DNA from: Basidiobolus meristosporus CBS 931.73
Taxonomy: Eukaryota; Fungi; Basidiobolomycota
Length of the DNA: 64,000 nt
Direction of reading: 5' to 3'
Assembly (NCBI GenBank): GCA_002104905.1
Contig: MCFE01000062.1
Span: forward strand, 124,001-188,000
Part shown: piece by piece, positions 23,971-37,856 of the stretch
Numbering within the stretch: position 1 is the first letter of the stretch
Layout of the letters: each line of letters opens with the position of its first letter
Notes under the pieces: model-generated
Database searches by the model: none
The model's input: the letters and a program-made list of their open reading frames with translations, nothing else
Told to the model about the DNA's origin: nothing
Made by a program: the position numbers and the translations under genes

Positions 23971-26098
23971 TCTCATCCAGCGGTGTTGACGCATTCTCCA
24001 GGCGGATCCAAAACGCATCTCACCATCCGGCATTCCCGCCGCCGCCAATCTTTGTACTTAGCCTCTCTCATCCGCTTGTTGACCATATGTAATTTATCCA
24101 GACTCACTAGAATCTACACGATTGGTGAGTCAGTAGTGAATACAACCCTTAGGTTCGCCAAGCGCAAAATAGCCCTTGTTCTTTGTAGTTCATTGCATTC
24201 TGTCGCAGTAAATAAACACCTATCAAGCCCAGCACTTCATGCATGCCAACCTCCATCCAATGGTCTGGGGGAGCCATTTATCCATTGGTATCGTGAGAAT
24301 GCGGGTCCTTCGGAAACCGGTTTGCCTGCTGCACGTAGATCAGAGCCGATGTGCGCGCTGGTGTGGGGAAGAAATTCGACCCAGTAGCCCTGCCAAATCA
24401 AGACCATAGATACCTGCAGGCTACTCGGACGAGTGAGGCTGCCCATCAAGACGCTTTCTTCTGATGCACTCAAGTCACTCGGCCGTGGCGACTGAGTAGA
24501 ACACCAATGCCATTGCATCCGAATAGGTGATAGAGACTTCGCACGAAGATAAGATCTGGCATAATCCCGAATGGAACGCTGCCGCTATTCTGAAATCTAA
24601 CCTCGATTAGGGGACTGTGTGTCAGGGGGAATTGAGTGGTTTTCCTCGGTACCCAATACGCCGCCACTATGCGATTCTGATTCATGTAGCCTTGCATGAA
24701 GAGTTTCTTACTCCGAAGTTGCATATGGCCATACTAGTGGCGGTCGAATTCAAGATTCATGGCAGTGTATCGATCACATCTAATCAGCGAAGCGTACGTT
24801 GATACGTCGAGGTCAGCGTGTGATTCTTCCTTACTATTAAGCGCATGGTGAGTCAATGGTGGGGGGGGGGCGACTTGGCACCTTTTGTCCAAGAAACATG
24901 ACAACTGCGAGATTCATGACACTTGTTATGATTTAGTGAGTAGGCACTTGCTTTCACACCTAAACAGACAGCATCAATTCGCTCATTTGGCCTGCAAATA
25001 GCCGATAGCTGGAAAAAACATCTGCCAGTGCCCAAGACTCAACTGACGAAATTGATTTTTATGCGCCGTCTAGTTGCTGTCTCGGCCCAGGGTTCAAGCA
25101 CGATAGCACGATGGAGAATCCCACTGCCATTTCAATCTTGTGACAGGAACTTGCACGTTTACGCATTCACCTGATTTCCACTGATGGGGACTTCAGCTCA
25201 TATGGGCAGTTTGTTGGATTTATCAGAAACGTGATATACAACCTTTCACACTCTTAAACTAACCTGACTGCTCGGATTGAACCTTTTGCCAATAAGGACT
25301 CTTTGAAAACGGAATCCTCATACGGTCAAATGCATTATATGTAGGTTACAAATACTTATGAACAGATCCCAAATTGACAGCTGGGAAGTGAATTGAACCC
25401 TGATGAAGGTGCGGCTTCACTTGTTAGTTTATTGGATTCAAATAATAAAGCTATCTTTTTATAGAACTTGTAGCAGTGCTGATATATCTATTTTGAGGGT
25501 GATGCCAGGGCGCAGTTGTCATGTTTAATGGCACTTGAACATGTTGTAAGAGTCTTGGACATATTGGAAGTGCTTTGGAGAGCAAGTAGATAATGTGGTT
25601 TTCACTTAATGATATATTGAATGTAAAAGTAGCATTTATACTTTTACATGATCTTGGCATAACACGCATGTACAATATGCTTAGAAAGATCTCAAAAACA
25701 AGTGTGCAAAGTTTGGGGCTGTTTGGACCACTTTTTTTTTGGTAAGAATATCCCAACAAGGAATTTAGCTAGTACTCACTAAGATTTGTAGGTAATGATT
25801 GAAGTTACTAAGTTAGGTGAGTATTTAGGCAGTACCACAGCTTTTTACATTACTCCTTCTCATCTAAATGCTCATACTGACTAGTCCTAATTGTGACCTA
25901 AGATATTCAGGTTTGTCTCCTGATGATGGTTTGGTAAATATGTCAGCAAACTTTACATATGAAGGACAGTAAACTGAGTTAACTAAGTTATTCTCTATAG
26001 CTTCATGTAATAAATCATGCTTAATATCTCTCTGCTTAGTTCTAGCATGAAAAGGAGGGTCTCTACCTAATTGTGTACATCTTTGATTATCTTAAAAT

Positions 26099-26447
26099 TG
26101 CTGTAAAAATCTGTAATTCCACCTAAATACTCACCTAAATTAGTCACTTGGATTATTACCTTCATATCCCAGAGAACACTGACCAAATTCCTTGTTGTGA
26201 TTTACTTAGAGTAATTTCACCAAGATATCAGGTACCCAGAACATGAAAATTCTCAAAGCTGTCCAAACAGCCCCAAACTTTGCACTCATGTTCTTGGGAC
26301 CTGTCTAAATCTATTCTATGTGTTTGTTATGCCAAGACCATGTAACAGTATAAATGCTACTTTTACATTCAATAAATCATTAAGCAAAAGCCAAATCATC
26401 TACTGGTTTTCCCAATCACTTCTAATATCTCCAAGACTCTTACAACA
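26099..26447 (+). mobile_element. Solo Copia LTR inserted into the RNase H region of element C
   Basis: tgctgtaaaa...cttacaaca; flanks aaaat / ataat (4/5 TSD match); flanks rejoin to sequence collinear with element B. Confidence 0.85.
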
Positions 26448-29222
26448 ATAATAGAATAGTGGGCATCTTGTGACATAAGCCTAAATCCTTAAAGAGCTCT
26501 CTTAACCACATTGCTTTTCTTGTAGCTTCACAGGCTGCCAAATACTCTGCATCTGTGGTGGAGATTAATATGGTTGGTTGCTCTCTTGAATTCCATGAAA
26601 TGTCCCTTTACAGTAAAGAAAGGTGTATGCTGTGGTGCATCTTCTGTCTTCCAGGTTTTGTCTGCAATCAGCATCAGAGTGCCCCACAGGATCCTGTTCT
26701 GCATCCTTAAAGGATTACCTTAAACAGATATCAGCAGTTCCTTTTATGCATCTAAAAATCCATTCTACTGCTCCAATATGATTAGATCCATAGTTCTCAT
26801 TATGCTAACTGACAGCTCCAGCTGAATATGAGATATTTGGACATGTTCCAAGCATGATGTATCAGATTGCCAACCATAGATTGGTGATTAAACTTGGGGC
26901 TTTCAGATGGCACCAAGCTGATGTAATTTAGTTGAGTTTTGACCTAGTTAAAGTTTGTCTCCGTTGGGGTAGCTGCCAGTTTACAGTCTTCCATTTAGTA
27001 CTTCTTTAGTATATCTTGAATATACCTAGACTGACTTAGGGTGATAGTCTGGGCACTTCTGTCTATGGAAAACTTTATCCCTAAGTAGTAACTAAGCTAC
27101 CCTAGATTGTACATCTTGAACTCCTTAGACAGGCTTGATTTAGTCTCTTCCAATGTTTTTTTGTTATCAGTGGCTGTAATAAGATCATCCATATATAGTG
27201 CTAATAGAGATGGATTTGCCCTATCTGGCTTATAGTAGACACTATAGTCAGCAGTACTTAATTGAAACTCAAAGATTCCAAATAGGAACTCATCTTGCAA
27301 TTCCAGGCTCTTGGCAATTATTTCAGACCATATGGAGATTTTCTAAGCTTCCAGATCAAATTGGGGCTATCTTGGTCAACATATCTATCTGACTTGTCCA
27401 CGTACATGTCCTCATAATATTTTCCATTCAAAAATGCAGCTTTTACATCCGTTTGATGAATAAAAACACATATTTGGCTGCAATAGCCAAAATCAATCTG
27501 ATGGAATTAAACTTGGCTACCTGTGCAAAGGACTCAGAATTGTCAAGTCCTTTTGTGTGAGAGTATCCTTTGGCCACAAGTCCTGGTTTCTATCTGTAGA
27601 TTGTACCATCAGCTTTGTATTTTGTCTTGAAGACCCATCTACATCCAATTGATTCTTAGTTGATTGGTAATTTGACTAAGTCCCAAGTCTGATTTTCTAT
27701 CACAGCCAAATACTCCTCAGTTGTTGCAGATCTCCAAGATTTGTCTGAGGGTGATTTAGGGCCTCTTTTACAGTCTGGGGCTTATCAATATGGACTGAAT
27801 AGGCATAGACTAAGCTTGTACCCTCAGTGATAAAATAATTTGTGTTATTTCTGGTCTGGTTGGATCTCCTAGTTTGTGATACTGATATGATCACTTCTGG
27901 GACATTCCTGGGCATTGATTCATACCAAACTATGGTGGTAGAGTCCTCTGGAGTGATAAAACTATCATTGGTTTGCTCTGATTCAATTTTGACTATTAGT
28001 GGACTTACAGTCAGATTTTTGTCATCATCTGATGTCATTTTTTCTGAAAAATTTGAATTTTCATTAGAAAACACATACCTGGACTTGCTCAGCTTCTTTG
28101 CCTTGGTATTGCAAAGTCAGTACACCCTACTCTCATTGCAGTAGCCCAAAGATATGCATTTTTCACTTTTTGGCTCAGGTTTTGACTGATTTCCAGGCAG
28201 TTTCTTGTCTTATTCCATGCACCCAAATATTCTTTGATGTTGTGCTTTTGGTTGGTATCCATACCATGCCTCAAATGCAGTAGAATCACAAGGTACTTTG
28301 CTATAACTGCTATTTCTGAGACATATGGGTGTAGTAACTGATCCTGCCCAAAAATCATAGGATTATATTGACCATAGATCATAAACCTAGCCATATGAAT
28401 TATTGATTAGTTTACTCATTGCAATACTCCATAATACTGCAGGAAGTATAGTATGGTAGTCCCTTGCTTTTCCCATGAATCTTAAAGAAGTGGATGAAGG
28501 GCTTTGAGGCAAATTCCACCATTGTTGGAGCATAATTTCTTGATTTTTCACCAGTTTCTCTCTAAAATATGGCTTTAAGCTCACTGCACTTAGACAGAAC
28601 TTCTTCCTTTCTTTCTGTGAAGTAGATCCATGTGTATCTTGTATAATATCAATCAAAGAGACTAATTACTTCATCCCTCCTAGTATTAAATTTTGCATGA
28701 GCTCACACAGATCAGAGTTAGTTAGATCTGATTTTTCATATTTTTGATTTACCCAAAGCTCTTGGACAGTTGTCTGGCTTGTTACCAATATATGCAGGGC
28801 CTCACAGCTCTCCAAATTTGCTGGGGGATCAACTTTTACTCCAGCAATTAGCTGAACCTTGATCATTTGGCGCATTTAATCCAAGTTGATGTGTCCAAAC
28901 CTCCTGTGCTAAAGCATTGCTGTTTCTTCATTCTAGTTACATATACTGACTGCCAGATGTGGCATAATATAAGTCAACTAGTAAAGAATCTGATCTCTCA
29001 TACCCAAAGCAATATGAGCACCATTTTGATCAGTGATCCTGCATCTAGAATTGTCAAAACCAAAACTGAGTCCTTTGGCTGCGGCCTTGCTTACAAATAG
29101 CAGGCTCTGGGCTATTTCTGGTACACAGAGTACCTCTTTGATGGTATGTGTGAGGCTTCCTTCACTGCTTCCAAGGTTGACTCAGATAGTTCCTTCTCCA
29201 ACTACATTAATTGTTCTATTGA

Positions 29223-29732
29223 TGTCATGATCAGGTGACATCCCTAGTCTCCAATTATCTAGCCAAATCAAGTCAGTGAAGAAATCCCAGTTCCTTCTAG
29301 AAAGTTCTACTACATTCTAGCAACTTCTTGAAAGCTTCAAGTCAATGTTATACAATGGAACATTCTATAGAAGCTTCCCATTAGAATTTATGCAGTCCCA
29401 TGCCATATATGGTAGCTATGTGTCACATGACCTTGTCACATGATCAGCTGATCCCTGACATATCTCCATGTGAGATTCCAGTCTGTTCTGTAGTATATTC
29501 TATCTTGGCACACTTACTGTGCCTCACCCCAGAACCCCATCAGTATTAGCCAATATCTCTTGGCATCCATATTTCCAAAAAGTATATATAGTGTTATCCC
29601 CCTGTATGTATTGCTCAGTCTGATAAGCACAGGTATTGAATAAACAGCCTTGCCTTGTTGATCCACACCCAAGTCCTTTCCTGGTCCTGCCTTGCCTAGC
29701 CCTTCTCTCCTGCCATGTGTCTATTCATAACA
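29223..29732. mobile_element. 510-bp solo LTR of an unrelated family inserted in element C
   Basis: TGTCATGA...TCATAACA termini; flanks attga / attgt (4/5); internal TATA-like and aataaa motifs; flanks rejoin to ctattgtcacccat as in element B. Confidence 0.8.
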
Positions 29733-30274
29733 ATTGTCACCCATAAAACCTTCTCAATTGGAATTTCTCAACTTTGGGTTATAAGTATCCTCTAGAGGGT
29801 AGAGTGTTGAGATGCTCCAGAGTTAATATACCAAGTCTGAGAATCCTTGTTTGTAGTTATACTTAGTGCTTATATAAGTAGTCTATCCTAGTTGTTGCAG
29901 CATATTCATATTCAGGTGTCTTTTGCTGATTATATCTTTAGTTGAAGCACCAGTCCAATATGTGTCCTTTCCTTTTGCAGTGGTTGCAAAACAGATTGCT
30001 ATTGCCTTTCAAGAATCTTGGGTGTCTACTTTGTTGGTTATCATTGCTTTTTAAAGTATGTTATACTTCCTTCTTATTGGTGCTTGATTTTCATAATTCT
30101 TCATCTAGGGGCCTTCCATATTCATAAATTAACATTGAATCATCAGTTCTGAGCTCTAGGGCTGATTCAGGGCCCTGAAACCTGTCTGTCAAGTTACTCA
30201 GGATGGTAACTATCACATCCTCATTGGTAGTTGGTAGGCCCACAGATTCCATCTCATCCAATGAAGGTCACAAT

Positions 30275-33200
30275 AACATGTGTGTAAATTTTGGTGCTGT
30301 TTGGACAACTCTGAGAATTTTCATGTTTTGGGTACCTGGTATTTTGATGAAAATATTCCAAGTAAATCCCAACAAGAATTTTGGTCAGTATTCCCTAGGA
30401 TTTGAAGGTAATGATGTAAGTGACTAAGTTAGGTGAATATTTAGGTGGAACTACAAATTTCTACAACATACTCACTTGGCTAAATGTTCATACTGACTAT
30501 TCCTAATTTTGACCTAAGATATTCAAACTTGTCTCTAGCTAATGGTTTGGTAAATATGTTTACAATCATTTCATCTCAAGGACAGTAAGCTAAGCTAACT
30601 AAGTTATTCTCTATAGCTTGATGTATGAAATGATGTCTGATATCTATGTGCTTAGTTCTAGCATAAAAAGTTGGATTTCTACCAAATTGTCTACATCCTC
30701 TATTATCTTGAAATAAGGTAATAGGCGTTTTTTGACATTTCCTAAATCTGTAAAAGCTTTTTAACCACATTGTTTCTTTTGTAGCTTTACAGACTATCAT
30801 ATACTCTGCCTCTGTGGTGGAAAGTGCTATGGTTGGTTGCTTCCTTGAATTTCATGAAATTGCTCCTTATCAGTAAAGAAAGGTGCATCCTATGGTGGAT
30901 CTTCTGTTTTCTAAATTTCATCCCCAATCAGCTTCAGAGTATCCCACAAGATCCTGTTCTGAATCCTTATAAGTACATTGTAAGCAGATATCAGCAGTTC
31001 CTTTCAGATATCTAAATTCTGCTTAACTGCTGCAATATAATCAGATCCATAGTTCTGATTATGCTGGCAAACAACTCCTACTGAATATGAGATATATGGA
31101 TGTGTTTCAAGCATGATGTACATCCAAATTCCATCCATGTATTAATATGGAAAGTCAGGGCTTCCAAATGGCACTAAGCCCTCTTGATTTGGTTGAGTTT
31201 TGACCAAGTTAAGGTTTGTCTCCATTGGGGAAGCTGCCAGTTTAGAGTCTTCCATTTAGTACTACTTTAGTATATCTTGAATATACTTGGATTGGCTTAG
31301 GGTGATAGCCTGGGTACTTCTGTCTATGGAGAACTTTATTACTAAGTAGTAACTGAGTCTCCTAGATCTGACATCTTGAACTCTTAAGATAGGCTGGACT
31401 TAGTCTCTTACAATGTTGCTAGGTTATTGCTGGCTACAATAAGATCATCTACATATAGAGCTAATAGAGCTGAATTTGCTCTATCTGGCTTAGAGTATAC
31501 ACTATAGTCAGCATTACTCCTTTTGAAACTCAAAGATTCCAAATAAGAATCTATCTTGTAATTCCAAGCTCTTGGTGATTGTTTGACACCATATAGAGAT
31601 TTTCTAAGCTTACAGACCAAATGGGGGTTATCTTAGTCAACAAACCCATCAGGCTGGTCCACATGCACATCCTCATCAGGTTCTTCATTCAAAATGCAGC
31701 TTTTATATCCATTTGATGCAGTGAGAACATATATTTGGCGGCAATAGCCAATATCAATCTGATGGAATTAAACTTGGCTACCTGTGCAAAGGTCTCAGTA
31801 TGGTCAAGTTCTTTTGTTTGAGAGTATTCTTTGGCCACAAGTCTTGCTTTGTATCATTCAATTGAACCATCTCTGTTGTATTTTGTCTTGAAGACCCATC
31901 TGCATCTTTGGGCTATTTCTTGTCTGATTGGATCTCTGGGCATTTGATTCTGGAATGGTCACTTCTGGAATATTCCTGGGCACTGATTCAGGCTGAACCA
32001 CTGTTGTAGAGTACTCTGGAGAGAAAAAGTTTTCATTGTTTTACTCTGATTCAATCCTGACTAATGGTGAACTTGATATCAAATTTTTGTCATCCTGTGA
32101 TGTCATTTTTTGGCAAAATTATGAATTTTCATCAAACAACACATTCCTGGACTTGCTTGCTTCTTTGCTTTGGTACTGTGGAGTCTGTATGCTTTACTCT
32201 CATTGCAGTAGCCCAAAAATATGCATTTTACACTTTTTGGCTCAAATTTTGACTAGTTACTGGGCAGTTTCTTGGCATAAGCTGTACACCCATATACTCT
32301 TAGATGTTCTGCACTTGGTCTGTATTCATACCATGCTTCAAGCAGAGTAGAATCACAAAGTATTCTGTTTTAACTCCTGTTTCAAAGGTATACAACTGTG
32401 GCAACTGTTTCTGCCCAAAAATCATAGGATAATCTTTGATCATGGATCATTGATTGTGCCATATCAATTACCAATCTGTTTGCACATTCTGCTACTTCAT
32501 TTTGCTGTGGGGAGTGTGGTACAGTAGTCTCTTACTTTATCCCATGAATTTTGCAGAAGTGGATGAAGAGTTTTGAGGTATATTCTCCACCATTGTCAGA
32601 GTGTGTTTTCTTGATTTTTTCACTAGTTTCTCTCTCCACCATGGCTTTAAACTCCCTGAACTTAGACAGAGCTTCTTCCTTTCTCTCCATGAAGTAGACC
32701 CACATGTATCTTGTATAATTGTCAGCAAAAGTGATCAAATACTTCATCCCACCTAAGGATATATTTTGCATAGTTCAACACAGTTAGGAGTGAATTAGAT
32801 CTAATTTTTTCTTAGTTTTGATCAGCCCAGAGCTCTTGAACAGTTGTCTGGCTTGTTTACCATATATGCAGGCTTCACAGTACTCCAAACTAGCTGGGGA
32901 TTCAGTTTTTACTCCTGATATTAGATGTCTTTACTCATTTGTGCAAATAATCAAAATTGATGTGTCCAAATCTCCTATGCCTAAGCATTGGTGTTTCTTC
33001 ATTCAAGTTGCTTATATTGGCTTCCAGGTATGATGGAATATAAGTTAATATATAAAGATTCTGATCTCTGATACCAAAAGCAGTATGAGTACCATTTTGA
33101 TCAGTGATCCTGGATCCAGAATTGTCAAAGCTGAAACTGGATCTTTCTGCTGTGGCCTTGCTTACAGATAGTAGGTTCTTGGCTATTTCTGGTACATAGA

Positions 33201-34475
33201 GTACTTCTTTAAAGGTCAGTGTATGGCTTCCTTTACTGCTTCTAAGGTTTACTTGAATATATCCTTCTCCCACTGCATCTAGCGCTCTATTGTCACCCAT
33301 GAAAACCTTCTTAATTGGAATTTCTTGATACTGGGTAAAAAGTTCTTTTTGGTGTGTAAAGTGTTGAGATGCTCCAGAGTCAACATACCATGTCTTAAAG
33401 TCCTGGTTGGTGGTCCTATGTAGTGCAGATATGAATAGTCTATCTTAAGATGTTGCAGCATTTCAATATTCAGGCTTTTTCTGCCAACTATCTCTTTTTT
33501 CAAGCACCAGTCTGATGTGTGTCCTTTCTGCTTGCAGTAGTTGCAAAACAGGTTGCTGTTGCCTTTGTAATGTCTTGGGTATCTCCTTTGCTGATTATCA
33601 CTGCTTATTAAAGCATCTTCTTCCTTCTTATTGGCACTTGATTTTCTTAATTCTTCATCCAGGAGCCTTCCATGTACATAATTAAGGTCAAATCTTCAGT
33701 TCTGGAGTCTGGGGCTGATACAAGGCCCTGAAACTTCTCTGTCAGGCTATTCAGGATGGTTACCATCACACCTTCATCAGTGGTTGGTACACCCACAGAT
33801 TCCATCTCATCACCAGCAGGGTTGTTCTGTTAGTAAGATTTTTCATTTCTTTGCCTGGCTGCATCTTTGTAGTGAAGAATTTTTGTCTCAGATATATTTT
33901 GTTTGCAGCTAAACATGACTGGTAGGTGTCTTCTAATGCCTTCCAGGCATTTTTTGCTGTTTTTGCTCTTGAGTATTGAATGAGCAGTTTTTCTTTGACA
34001 TTAAGACATATGCAGCTAAAGGCACTTTGTTCTTTCTTCTAATACTTTAAGGCTTCCTCTTCCACATTTTTAGGAGGGCATTCTTCTCCCATGACAATAT
34101 CCCAAAGGCCTCTTTCTTGAAACAGCATCTTCATCTTCACCTTCCACACTAGGTAGTTAGATCCATCTAACTTTTCAGCAGAGAGAAAAGTTCCAGTAAT
34201 AGCGGTAGTAGACATTACAGAGAGTGAGAGTTTGGGGCTCATAACCTGTTGTAAGAGTTGTAGTAATATTGGAAGTAATTTGGGAGGACAAGTAGATTAT
34301 GTGGTTTTCACTTAATGATTTATTGAATGTAAATGTAGTATATATACTTTTACATGGTCTTGACATAACAAACATGTGGAACATGGTTAGGAAGCTTAGA
34401 AGAGCATGTGTGCAAAGTTTAGGGCTGTGTGGACAACTTTGAGAATCTTCATGTTCTGAGCACCAGGTGTTTTGG
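30275..34475 (-). mobile_element. Ty1/Copia element B, near full length but degenerate
   Basis: 5' LTR from 34247; PBS at 34235-34246; gag 33500-34242; protease WYVDSGASQH; integrase SDNGGEY (32532-32771); RT LYVDDL (31408-31620); RH RTKHIDIRHHF (30576-30800); partial 3' LTR 30275-30468. Confidence 0.92.
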
Positions 34476-37400
34476 TTTTGTGGCGCAATGGAAAGTAGCG
34501 CCAATGTTCTTCCAATGGTTTCCACATGTTGTGAGAATTTTAGAGATATTAGGAGTGACTGGGAGAGCCAGTTGACTTTAAGGGCCCAAAACTTGTGAGC
34601 AAAGCTCAGGGTGTATCAGACAACCTGGAAGAATAGTAACCAAGGATTCTAAAAGTAAATCCAAACAAAGTGCTTAGTTGGTAAACAATTAACATCATAA
34701 ACTAGGACTTGGAAGACTAAGTGAATGAAAATGGTTTTGTGCATATACAAAATTTTCAATGTCATAAACTTGAGTAGAAAAGCTTGAGGCTTACAAATGT
34801 GCTGTACTAGTGTCAATATTCACCTTGCACCTAAACTATTCATATACCTATAGATTTTACTTGATATATTACTAAACAATGTATTATTTACTCAAGACTT
34901 AATTTGCAACATATCAGCTAATTCTTATAATCAGCAAAGGTCTGCAAGTTATTAAGAACTTCAGGCTTATCCAAAAGCCCACAGGAATTTTTTGAAACAA
35001 CCTTATCATTAGTTATACAGGGCTTTCTTATAATTTCAATTGCTTTATTTGTGCTCAGTGAAATAAGTGAGTTTCATGAAATTCTTCTAGTCTTCCAAGT
35101 CACATCAATGCTTGATATATTTATGTTGCAAATATGGGGAGCCCATGATGCTAAGCTATAGATACATCAACAAATACATATCAAAGAGCATAATAATATA
35201 TTGGCATTGTGCAAGTACCTCCAAATCAATCACCACCACTAAGCAGCACTGATTCTCATAATCTGGGTGCTTGACACCATGGTGAAAATATTCCAAGTGA
35301 ACTCAACTAGGAGTTTGTACTGGTAATAGTAAAGTTTACAAAGTAGGGCCCAAGTAATTAAGTCAATATAACTTTAGGTGTGAATTCAAGATTTTACACT
35401 GCAAGCATCCATGCTGAAGTACAGGATGTGTTACAAATGACAGTTGCTTTGGATCTCATGCCTGAAATAATTCAATGTGCCCATTCTTCTGACAATTGTC
35501 TTTATGGATGAGTAAAAGTTCCACATCCCAAAAGATTTATTTGAACTCAATACAGAGAGTGAATCTAATGCAAACCTTTCACTCCACCAAATCACTTCCA
35601 CTGCATATCATGATCCTGGAACAACCCCAAGGTTACTTCTATATACAGGTATGGCATCAAAAAAGCTACTCCTACATATATAGTAGTGTAGTTGAGAACA
35701 GGTTACTTACATTTTGTCTTGAAGCTGAATGGAGTCTTGCAATGGGGCATATAGCTAAGGCCAGATATATGTATATATCCGGATTTAGGATTCCTTATGC
35801 AAATCGACTTTATCTATCCTTATAAGATGCGAAGAACGGAAGTGAAAGATCGATTTGATTGATCGAAGATATTGACCATATACACAGATAAATATATGGG
35901 TCAATGAGTAATAAACTATTTCCTGCATACTCAGTGCTTTGAGGCTATTTTTGCAAGATCTTCTTGGCAATTGTTCGTAGCGGAAGCGTATCGAAAAGAG
36001 CGAAAAGTCGGGAAATCGCCCGAAGGACACCAAGCATTGCGCGCACCTTTCTGCAAGCCTCTATCCATACAATCATTCTGTCAGTTTTCGGCATAGAGTA
36101 TGAATGCTCTACATCTGCTCGATTCGCCGTCAAACGAAAGCGCTCCTTTCGGATTCACACCAAATCCCTTCCAGATCCCGAAAATGGAAAATCCATGTAA
36201 GACCATTTGGCAAGCCCACCTATCACCAGGCAACAAAAGCCCATGTTCTCTCTGATCTGTGGGGTGCAAAGGCCCGCCCTAAGCTTTTATTAGCCATGGC
36301 AGGCAATCAGTAGCTTTCGCATAGGGACCGTGGCTGGATTGTTCGATTGCGATTACACGCGGTAGCAGATAATCATGGTAGAATTGTAGACACTTGCATA
36401 CTAATGTTTGTGTTGCGATGAAATGATGGATTTTTCCTTCTTGGCAAAACCAAAGATCATTATTGTGGTCTGAATATTCCATGATTGCGATGAAATGGTG
36501 GTGTTGGAGATACTAGGAAGCTCATCGGGCAGTAACACGGATTATTCCAAATAGCGGCATCTGGATAATTGAAATCAATCACTTCTATAATCAGCTGGTA
36601 GTCTGAATACCTTTATCGCGATCTAGTTCCATCATCAGATCTCAAGGCTCCCAAAGCCAGCTCTAAGTGGAAGGTAAAAGTCCAGAATTCTGTGGGTGTT
36701 GGACACGCCTTTGCACAATACAGCTTGCAAGAGCCAAGTCAGTAGCTTGGTGTTGCAAATAAACTCCAGCTTTTCTGTGTATTGAGTATATATCGATGGT
36801 GGAAAGACAGATGAGTGTGTGTGCTATGGAACCATAATGTATCTCCCTGGGTTTAATCAATACATAAATATCAGGATGCACAATCTCCACTAGAATAGAT
36901 ACATCAAATGGTCAAACATTAAATGATCCCAAACGTTTTGCCACGTTGCCGTTCTGGATCTCTGCAGCTTTTGCTGACAGAAGTGTCGTTGGGACAACCA
37001 GCTGGTGCGTTTGGTCCAGAGTCAGTTGGGAATGAGTTGCCCAGCAAGGACGGCGTGTGCTTAAAGCACCTTGGGTCGATGAGAACAGCATATTCCTTGC
37101 TTGGGACCGAATGGTGCGCAACTCGGGGTTTCTCAATCCGTTAGTCATTGCAAATATTCCGGAAGTTCTCACAATTCCAAAGCGGAGTAGTGAGGAATAC
37201 TTGGCTCAATGAGAGGTGCTTTGTTGGCAATATGCCAAGTACACATATACACTGACGAAGCCTCACCCAGGGTCACTTATTTGGATGGCTTATTGGCCTT
37301 TGCATCTCCATTTAGCATAATTTTCGCTTCTCCCTTAGGACAAGAAATGTTTAGCATATATACTTCACGAGGTGTTTGCACCGTATTAGCTATGTTTCAA

Positions 37401-37856
37401 CAGCGGCTGGATTAGGCAAGGGTTGTGGATGCGCAGCCTCACAGTCAATTGCACAGTACAAGGCACTAGTATTCAGTTACAAGACCGTTTAGTGACTTGA
37501 TTTCACGACGGTTCTTGGCACGCAGCTCGGAGCAAGAGTCGCAGTAAGAAAATCGATTTAGGTTATGTGATGGGCGGGGTGTGCCATTGCCAAGAAATTG
37601 GTTGTTACCTAGATTATATCGGAAATACCCAATACAGTGGCATTTGGGATTATTGGATTCTCCGGTTGCTAGCATTGACGGGATCCAACAGAATCTCGCT
37701 TCACCAGCCACTTTGGCATTCTATATATTCTCTGTCTAACTGCCTCAACCATTCAACAAATCTTCTCTGAACAGACCCTCTTGTTTTCACCTAGAATTGA
37801 GACTCTTCCCAAACCGTCTTCCCCGACCACCCTTCTTCAAAATTCGCTTCCAAATT

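Larger units (their letters stand above)
25542..30270 (-). mobile_element. Ty1/Copia element C: 3' LTR, RH, RT, IN and part of gag; two solo LTRs nested inside
   Basis: LTR 25542-25849; RT fragment STADYSVYYKP..LLALYMDDL at 27097-27300; integrase and gag remnants collinear with element B. Confidence 0.88.

Noticed and set aside
25451-25759. Recurrent 70-115 aa ORFs (also 49016-49276, 57440-57867, 34175-34525)
   Set aside because: Chance frames through copies of the same Copia LTR; stops differ between copies
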